A DNA stretch of 64,000 nucleotides from a virus (lineage: Duplodnaviria; Heunggongvirae; Uroviricota; Caudoviricetes): positions 130,820-194,819 of the IMG/VR virus record IMGVR_UViG_3300031994_000003; one strand, given 5' to 3'. Shown here one piece after another: positions 48,970 through 59,200 of the stretch. Made by a program: the position numbers and the translations under genes. The notes under the pieces were generated by a model that saw only the letters and a list, made by a program, of their open reading frames with translations, made no database searches and was not told the origin of the DNA. Within the stretch, counting starts at the first letter, position 1. The number at the start of each line of letters is the position of its first letter.

Positions 48970-50709
48970 TTATTTTGTATAAATCCATACACCATTGCCA
49001 GAATCAAATATTCTAACATATCCTTGATTTTGCATATATTGTGTTTCATTTTTCATTTGACACTGATATCTTGTTTTTATATGATTATCATCATACCACC
49101 ATATATAATTCGGTGCAGAATAATGATCAAATACAAAACCTAATGTTTCATATAATTTTCCAGATGTTTTTCCAATATCATTATATGACAATACTGTTTC
49201 TGTATCATGTAAATAATTATTAATAAAATATTTAAATAATTTAGATGCCCCGCCAACAACATTATAGTCTGCTCTACATGCATATCTAGAAAGTTCCCAA
49301 GTATATTTTTTAGTAAATCTTGCTTTAACAAATGTCATTACAGATACTAGCATATCATTATAATATAACCCTAATTTAATTGTAGAAGTATCTTGACCTT
49401 GTATATGATTCTCATTTAAAAAATCATTTTTATCTTGTATATTTAATTCTTTAATAACACATTGTCTAGCATATAATTTATTATTATTTTTACGCAATAT
49501 ATTTTTTATTTGATTTTTTATTTTTTCTTGTAATAATTTATTATTCCACTCATATTCGAATATATTATAAATAAATATTCCATGTTCCTTTGCATTTAAT
49601 GATTTTTTTTGATGGTAATCATTAGGTTTATTATCCTCAGAATGCCAATATGAGCCATTAAATTCAATACCAAACTTATAATCAGGCATATAAATATCTA
49701 TTTCTTGTTTATCAGAAAGAATATCTCTAGTATTTCTTATAATATTATTTATACCCAATTCAGTTAAGTATTGGCATATTTCATCTTCATAATGAGCTGT
49801 TGATGTCGTATATTTAACATATTCTTGTAAATTATATAATATTATTTTACTTTGAATTATACTGTAACTATAATGTAATTGATTGGCAATTTCTTGAATA
49901 GTTTTTCCTTTATTGTTTTTAATATATTCAATAAACGTTTCTTTATCATTAACTATCTCTGCAGATTCCATATCAATATTAATATAACTATTCAATATAT
50001 TGACATTTTGTGCAGGATATTTTACACCATATCTAGTTAAGTTAGTTTCTACCATTTTTTTATGACGAAGTTCATTAACAATATTATCATCTTTATGAAT
50101 ATCATATTGTTGTAGTCTTCTTTGTATTGTAGTTTTTGCAATACCAGTTATTTCAGATATTTCTTTTATTGTTTTGTTTTCTGTAATATATTTTCTATAT
50201 AAATATTCTTTAGTAATAATATTATCTATTCTGAGAGCATTTTTTTCTTTTACTGTTTGAGATATTTTTCTTTTAACTTCCTCAGATTGTGTTGCATATT
50301 CACAGCCATATTTATTTAAATTTGTTTGTTTAATTTTATCTTTAATATCTTGTCGTTGAAGACTATAGCTAACACCATATTTATGTAAATTAGTTAATTT
50401 TGTTTTATCTTGAACATCTAATGATTGTGTTGCATATACTACACCATATTTTTCTATATTGGTTCTTTTCATTTTATTTTTAACTTCTTCTAATTGAGAT
50501 GTATTAATAACACCATATTTTTCTAATGAAGCTTGATGCTTTGATATTCTTTTTTGCTCTGGTGATTTATCAATATTATATTTTTTTAATAATAAACTAA
50601 TCTCATATTGCTTACAATTATGCATATTAGCTATTTGTGTTTGTGTTTTATTTTGATTAACATATAATTCAATCAATTCTTCTTTTGTTAAATTTATCAT
50701 AAAAGCCAT
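48970..50709 (-). CDS. Free-standing homing-endonuclease-like protein (HTH and KYG repeats, Vsr/PD-(D/E)XK domain, C-terminal GNAT-like domain)
   Basis: Repeats K.TN..KYGV; EIDIYMPDYKFGIEFNGSYWH; FLNENHIQG...WELSRY..VVGGASKL. Confidence 0.8.
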   Translation of the reverse strand: MAFMINLTKEELIELYVNQNKTQTQIANMHNCKQYEISLLLKKYNIDKSPEQKRISKHQASLEKYGVINTSQLEEVKNKMKRTNIEKYGVVYATQSLDVQDKTKLTNLHKYGVSYSLQRQDIKDKIKQTNLNKYGCEYATQSEEVKRKISQTVKEKNALRIDNIITKEYLYRKYITENKTIKEISEITGIAKTTIQRRLQQYDIHKDDNIVNELRHKKMVETNLTRYGVKYPAQNVNILNSYINIDMESAEIVNDKETFIEYIKNNKGKTIQEIANQLHYSYSIIQSKIILYNLQEYVKYTTSTAHYEDEICQYLTELGINNIIRNTRDILSDKQEIDIYMPDYKFGIEFNGSYWHSEDNKPNDYHQKKSLNAKEHGIFIYNIFEYEWNNKLLQEKIKNQIKNILRKNNNKLYARQCVIKELNIQDKNDFLNENHIQGQDTSTIKLGLYYNDMLVSVMTFVKARFTKKYTWELSRYACRADYNVVGGASKLFKYFINNYLHDTETVLSYNDIGKTSGKLYETLGFVFDHYSAPNYIWWYDDNHIKTRYQCQMKNETQYMQNQGYVRIFDSGNGVWIYTK

Positions 50710-50716
50710 CTCCTTC

Positions 50717-50772
50717 TATATTTTATTGTTCATTTTTATATTTTTAAAAATAATAAAGAACAATTTATTATA
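50717..50772. promoter_or_regulatory. Divergent late-type promoters for the endonuclease and the prohead protease
   Basis: AACAATAAAATATA (minus, 50717-50730) and AACAATTTATTATA (plus, 50759-50772). Confidence 0.65.
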
Positions 50773-50800
50773 AAAATTGATAAAAGATGGAGGCATATAA

Positions 50801-51703
50801 ATGAAAAATTTTATTATTCAAGAAGCGGCTTACGTGTCAGAGCCAACAAAAGTTCATAAAACACCTCTTGGAACTATTAGATTTATAGCATGTCTTCAAG
50901 AAGCAAATGCTGGTAACAGAAATAAACGTATGTATCCAAAAAATGTACTTGAAGATGGAATTCATTCAACATATATTCAAGAAAGATTAAGAACAAAAAC
51001 ATTATATGGTGAAGCTGGACACCCACTAGATCCAAGCTTAGCTAGACAAACAATGCTTAAACAAGATAACTTAGCAGTTATTATTGAAAAATTATGGTGG
51101 GAAGGCAATTTATTAATGGCTCTATGTGAAACAGCTAATACTAGAATTGGTAAAGATATGGCTGGATTAATTGAACAAGGCTCACAAGTTGCATTCAGTT
51201 TAAGAGCACAAGGTGGAGTTATTAAAGATCCAGTAACAGGATTATCTGTTGTTAAGCCAGGAATTCAAATTATTACATGGGATTGGGTTGTTAATCCATC
51301 ACATGATAAAGCATTTATGAGAGAAATTTGTGATGATACAAACATTGCAATGTTTGGTGATTCTGCTCCTGTAAATGAAGATGAAAAGAAAATGCAAAAA
51401 TATGAAATGCTATTCGAGAGTGGTCAAATGTTTGAAGTTGAAGATGATGTAAAATTAGAACCTATTAATGAAGATTATACAGTTGGTTATAATAAAAGAT
51501 TACGTGAGTTCAATGAAATTTATTTCTATGACTCAAATGATCAATTTATTCAAGAATCAATTAATAATGGTAAAGTTGATTTACAAAATAAAAATGTAAC
51601 AAAGAAAGTTATTCTTGAAGATTACTTATTACAAGATTTAAGAGCCAATATTTGTTCTCTTAATGAGGGTATTGACGAAAGACATAACAAGGAGGACAAG
51701 TAA
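50801..51703 (+). CDS. Prohead core protein protease (T4 gp21-like)
   Basis: LQEAN..NRNKRMYP, GEAGHP, FSLRAQG, TWDWVVNPSH. Confidence 0.9.
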   Translation: MKNFIIQEAAYVSEPTKVHKTPLGTIRFIACLQEANAGNRNKRMYPKNVLEDGIHSTYIQERLRTKTLYGEAGHPLDPSLARQTMLKQDNLAVIIEKLWWEGNLLMALCETANTRIGKDMAGLIEQGSQVAFSLRAQGGVIKDPVTGLSVVKPGIQIITWDWVVNPSHDKAFMREICDDTNIAMFGDSAPVNEDEKKMQKYEMLFESGQMFEVEDDVKLEPINEDYTVGYNKRLREFNEIYFYDSNDQFIQESINNGKVDLQNKNVTKKVILEDYLLQDLRANICSLNEGIDERHNKEDK

Positions 51704-51704
51704 T

Positions 51705-53264
51705 ATGACTTTAATTGAACAATTTATCCAAGAAGAATATGAAAACTTCCTTGAACAAGAAGAAACTAGACAAATACTTGAAATTTATAAAAATCATAAA
51801 GCTATTTTAGAAGCATTTGATGCATATTATCAATTAGTTGAATTACAAGAAGAATATAAGGGTGTAACTGAAGAAGTACTTCAAGAAGGAACTCTTAGTG
51901 ATTCACTTGCAAACTTAATTAATAAGGTATCAAGTTCATTCCAAACTGCTGCACCAATACTTGCTGTTCAATCTTCAGCTGCATTACCTAATGGTACATT
52001 ACAAAATGGTACTAGTGTAATTGATCCAAAAACTGGTAAGCTTAATTTCGTAGCTGAACCAGCTAAAAAGACATTTAGTTATAAAAAAATAGACTCTGTT
52101 GTAGGATTTATTAATGGTATTATTGCATGGGTTAAAAATGTTTTAATCAATGTTATTAATTTTACTACTAAGGGTATTAGAAATATGCTTGGATTAGCAC
52201 CTGTTGATGAAGATGCATACAAAAAAGAAAAAAGATCAACAGATCCATTTAGTTTAATTGCAAAAGCTAAAAAAGTTGCTGCAATTGAAAGACAGTATGG
52301 TTTCGGTACTTTAAAATTAAGTGATGGCGAAAATGCAGGAAAAATTGATGATAAAGCTAAAGCATTAGATAAAAAAATTGATGGCTATATTAGTACAGTA
52401 GATGCAAAAGATTTAATTACATCAATGAACGAAGCATCAATATTTGGTGCATTACATACTTTAACAGCTCAAAAAAATCCAGCATTATATTTTAAAGGTG
52501 CAGATAAAGATGACAAAACTTATAAAGAATTTGTAAATGTAGATTTATCTAAAGATCTAAGCCAATTAAAAATGTTATTAATTAAATTCTTTGATTTATA
52601 TGATGATGCAATTGGAACAAATGGAGAAAAATTATTTGATACTTCTGATTTAGAAATGTTATTTAAATCTTTAAATAGAATATTTAATAATATTGAAGAT
52701 GGTAATCTATCAGATTATGATTATTATGGTAAATTACTTGATGCCGGCAGTATTAAACAATCATATGAAGTAACTGCTCAAAATATTAAAAACTTAACTG
52801 ATGTATTTAATCAAGTTGAAGCAACAATTAAACAATTATTATTAAATATTAATATTAAATCAGGTATTGCTGCTACATATGATTCAAATAAATTTATATT
52901 ATTAAGTTCATTAACATTTAAGCAATTATCTGAAATTGCAAAATTAGTTATGACTAAAATTGATGAAGTTAATGTTATGCAAGCTAAATTAGAAATGTTA
53001 GGTAGAAAATATGAAAAACTAGTTAAAGAACTAGATAAAGTAAAACAATCTTGGATTTCAGTTGGTGCAGGAATATCTGTTCAAACTGAATTTGAGCGTG
53101 CAGTTAAAGACTTATATGATGCTGCTAAATTTTCTTTCCAAACATTAATGTTAAGATTTACAGCATTAGTAAATTATAATTCAATTTTAAAAGATTCTTA
53201 TATGGTAATTCAAAAATTATCAAAAGTTAATGAAGTTGTAGTAAAAAAACTTGATACAAAATAA
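51705..53264 (+). CDS. Putative internal virion protein
   Basis: Starts MTLIE after AAGGAGG; Glu-rich propeptide ending VLQE|G; co-transcribed with the protease. Confidence 0.6.
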   Translation: MTLIEQFIQEEYENFLEQEETRQILEIYKNHKAILEAFDAYYQLVELQEEYKGVTEEVLQEGTLSDSLANLINKVSSSFQTAAPILAVQSSAALPNGTLQNGTSVIDPKTGKLNFVAEPAKKTFSYKKIDSVVGFINGIIAWVKNVLINVINFTTKGIRNMLGLAPVDEDAYKKEKRSTDPFSLIAKAKKVAAIERQYGFGTLKLSDGENAGKIDDKAKALDKKIDGYISTVDAKDLITSMNEASIFGALHTLTAQKNPALYFKGADKDDKTYKEFVNVDLSKDLSQLKMLLIKFFDLYDDAIGTNGEKLFDTSDLEMLFKSLNRIFNNIEDGNLSDYDYYGKLLDAGSIKQSYEVTAQNIKNLTDVFNQVEATIKQLLLNINIKSGIAATYDSNKFILLSSLTFKQLSEIAKLVMTKIDEVNVMQAKLEMLGRKYEKLVKELDKVKQSWISVGAGISVQTEFERAVKDLYDAAKFSFQTLMLRFTALVNYNSILKDSYMVIQKLSKVNEVVVKKLDTK

Positions 53265-53274
53265 TAGAAATAAT

Positions 53275-53303
53275 AAAAAAAGATATCATATGATATCTTT
53301 TTT
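53275..53303 (+). terminator. Intrinsic terminator
   Basis: AAAAAAGATATC-ATAT-GATATCTTTTTT. Confidence 0.7.
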
Positions 53304-53331
53304 ATTTTTTTATAGATATTTATAGTTATTG

Positions 53332-53345
53332 AACAATAAATTATA
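53332..53345 (+). promoter_or_regulatory. Late-type promoter AACAATAAATTATA for the P-type ATPase
   Basis: Recurrent motif. Confidence 0.65.
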
Positions 53346-53369
53346 AATTTGTATAAAGGAGAATTATAC

Positions 53370-55886
53370 ATGGAAGAAATAAATAATTATAAATATGAAA
53401 GAAAAATTCCAAACATTAATACTGGTCTATCATCAGTTGATGTTGATCAAAGAATTAAACGTGGAGAAGTAAATAAAATAAATCAAAAAAATGAAAATAG
53501 TTATATAAAAATTATATTTAGAAATATTTTCACATTTTTTAATTTATTATTGGTATCTATTGCGGCTTTGTTTATGATTGTAATAGGGCCATCTGCAATC
53601 GGTAATATATCATTTTTGCTTGTAATGATTACTAATATATTAATCAGCACAATTCAAGAATGTAAATCTAAAAAAACAATATCTAAATTGAAATTAATTA
53701 CTATACCAAAAACAACAGTTATAAGAAATAGTTCTGAAGAAGTAATTACACCTGAAGATATTGTATTAGATGATATTGTTAAATTAACAAGTGGAGATCA
53801 AATACCTGCAGATTGTACTGTTATTAATGGTTATATTGAAGTTAATGAGTCAATGCTTACTGGTGAATCAGATTCAATTAAAAAGCATGAAGGCGCATTT
53901 TTATATGGTGGATCATTTGTAACATCAGGGTCATGTTATGCTGTTGTTGATAAGGTCGGCAATGATACATATATGTCATCAATTGAAAATAAAGCAAAAA
54001 AATTTAATAGACCAAAATCAAAACTAATTTCATCAATAATGGGTATTATAAAGAAATTAACATTTATTATTATACCATTAGGTTTATTAACATTCTGGCA
54101 TACATATATATTAAATAATGATGTTAAATCAGCAATTACAGCTGGTGGCACAACAATGGTTGGTATGATACCTGCTGGTATGGTACTTTTATCTAGTGTT
54201 GCTATGGCAGCTGGTGTAGTAAAATTATCTAAAAAGAAAACATTATTAAGAGACCTATATTCAGTTGAATCATTAGCTAGAATAGATACATTATGTTTAG
54301 ATAAAACAGGTACATTAACTGATGGAACAATGACAGTAGAAGATGTAATTGTCTATGATCCAGAGACTGATATTAGATCTCTAATGAGTTCATATTTATC
54401 AGCTTTTGAATCAAATAACCAAACATCTGAAGCATTAATAAAGAAATTTGGACGAGATAAACAATATGAAATAATAAATACTATTCCGTTCTCTTCAAAA
54501 AGAAAATATTCTGCTGTTGAATTTGAGGATGCATCATATGTATTAGGTGCTCCAGAATTTTTAACTGACGATGAGGCAATATTAAAATTAGCAGAAGATA
54601 AAACAAAAGATGGTCTTCGTGTTGTAATATTAATGAAACTTAATGGTAGAATTAAAAACGATGAATTACCAAAAAGAAAAAAGATAATAGCATCATTTGC
54701 AATAAGAGATAATATTCGTTTAGAAGTAAAAGATACAATGAAGTGGTTCTCTGAAAATGATGTTGAAATCAGAGTAATATCTGGTGATAATATTAATACT
54801 GTTTCATATATTGCAAAGAAATCAGGAATTCCTAATTGGGATAAAGCAGTATCATTAGATACGGTAGATGAAAGAGATATTGAAAAAGTTGTCATGGAAA
54901 ACTTTATATTTGGTAGAGTAACCCCAGAACAAAAAGCACAAATAGTTGATATTCTTCATGCACATGGACGAACAGTTGCTATTACTGGTGATGGTGTTAA
55001 TGATGTATTAGCAATGAAGAAATCAGATTGTTCTGTAGCAATGGCAAATGGTTCATCTGCAACAAAGAGTGTTGCAAATGTTGTATTATTAAATTCTAAT
55101 TTCTCTAATATGCCTGCAACAGTTATGGAAGGCCGTAGAGTTGTAAATAATATACAACGTTCTTCAACATTATTCTTAATGAAAACATTCTTTGTAATGT
55201 TTATTAGTTTATATTGTTTATTACTTGGATTTGCAATGCCAATAGAAACATCTATTCTTGGTATAGTAAATATATTAATAACAGGATTAAGTTCTACCAT
55301 TTTATCAATTGAACCATCAAATGCTAGAATAACCGGTGAATTTACTCGAAATGTATTAGGTAAAGCAATTCCGGCAGGATTCTTTATGTTTATGCCATTA
55401 TTATTCTTATATGGCTATGCATTTGCAGTATGTGGTATTAATATACCTGCAATAAATGCATTTATACAAACTAAAATACCTGTAATGGCTTTATTAATCA
55501 TTATAAGTGGATTTATTATATTCTATAAGGTATGTACTCCATTTAATAGATTTAGACGAATACTTTATGTTACAATGTTATCAATTGCTGTATTTTTAGT
55601 ATTATCATTCCCACAATTCTTCTTACAAAACAGTACAGACTTCTGGGGATCTATGTTAGCTAAATATGATAATCTAGGAACATTACAAGCATATTGGAAT
55701 ATAATAAAAGATTCATTCCATTCAATATTCTCATTTGAATTGTTCAGATCATTTACTGGTATAGATTGGGGATTAATAGTCGGATTTGGCATATTTAGTT
55801 TCGTATTATATTATATATCAGATATTTTAATAAGTAGAGTATTACGAATAAAGATGTTCAGTAATATATTAGAAGAAAATAATTAA
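53370..55886 (+). CDS. P-type cation-transporting ATPase (CtpE-like)
   Basis: GDQIPAD, LTGES, DKTGTLT, PFSSKRK, ISGDN, GDGVND; multiple TM helices; ATG after the AAAGGAG SD. Confidence 0.93.
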   Translation: MEEINNYKYERKIPNINTGLSSVDVDQRIKRGEVNKINQKNENSYIKIIFRNIFTFFNLLLVSIAALFMIVIGPSAIGNISFLLVMITNILISTIQECKSKKTISKLKLITIPKTTVIRNSSEEVITPEDIVLDDIVKLTSGDQIPADCTVINGYIEVNESMLTGESDSIKKHEGAFLYGGSFVTSGSCYAVVDKVGNDTYMSSIENKAKKFNRPKSKLISSIMGIIKKLTFIIIPLGLLTFWHTYILNNDVKSAITAGGTTMVGMIPAGMVLLSSVAMAAGVVKLSKKKTLLRDLYSVESLARIDTLCLDKTGTLTDGTMTVEDVIVYDPETDIRSLMSSYLSAFESNNQTSEALIKKFGRDKQYEIINTIPFSSKRKYSAVEFEDASYVLGAPEFLTDDEAILKLAEDKTKDGLRVVILMKLNGRIKNDELPKRKKIIASFAIRDNIRLEVKDTMKWFSENDVEIRVISGDNINTVSYIAKKSGIPNWDKAVSLDTVDERDIEKVVMENFIFGRVTPEQKAQIVDILHAHGRTVAITGDGVNDVLAMKKSDCSVAMANGSSATKSVANVVLLNSNFSNMPATVMEGRRVVNNIQRSSTLFLMKTFFVMFISLYCLLLGFAMPIETSILGIVNILITGLSSTILSIEPSNARITGEFTRNVLGKAIPAGFFMFMPLLFLYGYAFAVCGINIPAINAFIQTKIPVMALLIIISGFIIFYKVCTPFNRFRRILYVTMLSIAVFLVLSFPQFFLQNSTDFWGSMLAKYDNLGTLQAYWNIIKDSFHSIFSFELFRSFTGIDWGLIVGFGIFSFVLYYISDILISRVLRIKMFSNILEENN

Positions 55887-55890
55887 AAAA

Positions 55891-55926
55891 AAGAAATCGT
55901 TTAGGCTAGGAACTAAATGATTTCTT
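55891..55926. terminator. Bidirectional terminator
   Basis: AAGAAATCGTTTAG-GCTAGGAA-CTAAATGATTTCTT with flanking A/T tracts. Confidence 0.65.
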
Positions 55927-56049
55927 TTATTTCTTGGGTATTTTAACTTTTTTTATTCTAACTTTACATTTATCTTTCTTACTAGTTGTAAAAGTTAAAA
56001 TACCCTTTCCCGCGATTGGAGCCGAAAATTTATCTCCAATATCCTTCAT
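55927..56049 (-). CDS. 40-aa basic peptide (not in the ORF track)
   Basis: MKDIGDKFSAPIAGKGILTFTTSKKDKCKVRIKKVKIPKK; GAGGTG SD. Confidence 0.65.
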   Translation of the reverse strand: MKDIGDKFSAPIAGKGILTFTTSKKDKCKVRIKKVKIPKK

Positions 56050-56060
56050 GACATTCACCT

Positions 56061-56165
56061 CTATTTCTTTACAACAGTGAATGACATCTTGCCTTTACCA
56101 GCAACTGGCAGAGACAATACTTTTAATATCTCTTTTGCCTTTTTAGCTGGGAGGAGCTTCTTCAT
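56061..56165 (-). CDS. 34-aa basic peptide (not in the ORF track), paralog of 55927..56049
   Basis: MKKLLPAKKAKEILKVLSLPVAGKGKMSFTVVKK; AAAGGATGTG SD. Confidence 0.65.
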   Translation of the reverse strand: MKKLLPAKKAKEILKVLSLPVAGKGKMSFTVVKK

Positions 56166-56221
56166 AATATCACATCCTTTTTGAATAAGTTGAATAAGCA
56201 TCGTCGTTCTTATTCATTTTA

Positions 56222-56230
56222 ATAATATAT
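56222..56230 (-). promoter_or_regulatory. Early-type ATATATTAT promoter with a 5' hairpin (56191-56216)
   Basis: TGAATAAG-N10-CTTATTCA. Confidence 0.55.
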
Positions 56231-56267
56231 ATGTTAAAATAATCAAAAAATAAAAATATGGAATAGA

Positions 56268-59200
56268 TTAACTATTCCATATTTCTTTTATTTGTTGTCC
56301 TAATTCAACCAATACTTTATTTACATATAATGTAGAATAAATATCTGCTGTCATTCTTGAAATTACACCAGTAGGAGTAAGAATTGCTTCTATTTCATTT
56401 TCTGGACGATATGTAGATAAAGGAGATTCATCATCAGACATAACTTTTGATACAACACCTTTTAATGCTGTTTGGAAACTTAATTTATCTCCAATGCCCA
56501 TCTCATCAAAATATTCAATATAGAAGTTAATTAATACACCATCATACTCTGTACCTTCAATTTTTTTATTGGTTTGCATTTCTGTTGGTTGTAATTTTAA
56601 ACTACTTGTTTTAACACCAAGTTTTTCTAATTTCTTTCGTCTCTTTATAATATTATTATTATAATTCGTAATAAGTTGTTGTAATGATGGACTTAACTCT
56701 TCAAATGGATGATTGTAATATATTCTTATATCTACTATATCACCAGAATACTTACTCTTAACACTTTCTTGTGTATAATCCTGGATAATACTAGCATCTA
56801 ATTTAGCATATAGACTTTGCATAATATCAGCAGATATACTATCACCACTTGATGTAAATGTCATTAAATTTTCACCACTTTCAATTTCATCACCGACATT
56901 TTTAATTTCATGAATAATTGTAGTAGCATCTAATGAAACTGCCTTACATGTAGTAATACGTGTAGCACATTTTCTAGATAATTTTTCTGTAATTGCAGTA
57001 GAGTCTTCAAATGCAAAATCTCCTGCAGTAATAGCAATTTTTGCTAATGTTGCTGGACAGAAATCAACATCATCACCTTTACCCTTAAAGAATGATGGAT
57101 TATATGCAATAACATCATATTTCTTAAATCTTTCACTTTGTTTAAATGCAATTAAGAATGTTTGTTTTATATAGAAACCAGAGTTAGAGTTTTTAACCAA
57201 TACTTCATTTAAGTCAATAGCGTCTCTAGTTCCATCATCATATAATAAAATAGCAACTTTATTTGCTTCATCAATTTCTTCAACTATACCATTTTGTTTA
57301 GCTTTAAAACAGAAGTCGTCTGAAATCATATATGCTATTTCTTTATTAGCTCCAGAACCGAATAATTGCTTACTCATTACTTGTACAGGTACTGTATGCT
57401 TTGTTTGAGCAACTTGCATGGCAGCACGTGGAGCATCTGCTTGTGCAGCTGTAAATGGTGATAATAATTCTGCTGCAGATAGCATGTTTGCAGCATTTAA
57501 TTCTTTAATATTACTATTATTTACATAACCACGTACAGATGTTAATTCTGGAGAGAATACTAGTCCTCTGGTAATACCAACTGATCCTGAGTAAGGAGTT
57601 GAGTTACCAGAAATAAATCCGACCATTGAATCTGAATAAGAACGCATTTCTAGTGTATATGCTTTATCTAGATTTACTCCTTTATAACCTTTAGCAGTTA
57701 ATGCATATGCATTTTCAAGTTCCATTATAGGATTTAACATTGATGTAGTATTAATATTTGGTTGTCCAATTAATGTTTGAATAACTTCACTTTTATTAAT
57801 TGATAAGTTTGTTGGATTACCATTTAATTTATATTGTTGATATTTTTTATATGCTTCAGATAATTTACCATATAAAACAGCTGCAATAATTTCATTTCCA
57901 CGAATTCTCCAGTTCTTCATATCATTTAATGGTAAGCATGCATTATTAATTAATAAATTATTTGCATATAATAACAAATCAATAATATTTGTTGGTTGAT
58001 GTTGTTCTATTAGAATTTCTTTAGTAATAGGGTCAATCATCTTTTCAATGTTAATTTGGAACATGTTTTTAGCATAACGTGGTTGTCCTAATTTATCAAC
58101 TAAATAATCCATGTATGGATCATCTTTTTCAAAATCTTCAAAATCATAATTTTCAGTATCTAAAATATATAATGCATTTAATAATAATGTATTTTGAATT
58201 TTATCTTCATAATACATGTATTTGTCTTTAAATTTTACTTCTACCCAATTATGACCTAAAGCTAAACGTTTTTCACTAATTTGATAATTTACTTTATGAC
58301 GTTTTAAAATATCTTGTAATCCATTCATCAAACCAGTTAAAACAATAATTGGCATTACAACTGTTAAGAATTTAACTGTTGTATATATGAACGATTTACC
58401 GATAGATGGTAAATTATCTTCTCTAACAAATAAAACCTTTCTTAATAAGAATTCAAATAAATTCATATTTTCAGATTCTATTTTTTGTATATGATTTTCT
58501 ACAAATGCATGGAATACTTCAGTATTCTTAATAAAGTAGAAATCATTCTTATCACCTAATGCAAATGGAGTCATGTCTGATGTAATAAAATCTTCATCAA
58601 ATTCATAACTTTCGATATGCTCTTGAATTACTTGTCTATTAAAAATAACATCAATATCCTTAGATTCAATTCTAGAAATTGATGATGATAGTTCTTCATA
58701 TTCAAAGTCGTTATCAAAACCTGAATTAATTAAACTATTGTCACCATAATAAATCTTTACATCTTTATTATCATAAGTTTTTAATATTTTTAATAAATAT
58801 ACATTACGTCTAGATAATTTACTACCCCTACGTTCAATTGTCATTTTTTGATATGATGTAGTAATTTCGACACGATCATATTTTGTTTTAACAATTGGAA
58901 GACGATATAATTGTTTTGCAATAGTATATTTATTACCACCAATATATAAATAATGGTCATCAATAATTTTAGGTATATCTAGTTGGAATGATAATGCTTG
59001 ATTTTCATCTGTTTTATACTGAACTTTAACTGTTTCTTTTTCATTAAAATCATCAGAGGTATCAACATATTCAATATTTGTTACAGCAATAGGTGAGAAA
59101 TTTTCTTGTGAGAATGATGAAATCGCATTGTTTATATCTCTTTTTAAATATTTTGAATTATATTCTCTATCCATTGCTGGTAATGCAGATTTCTTAATTC

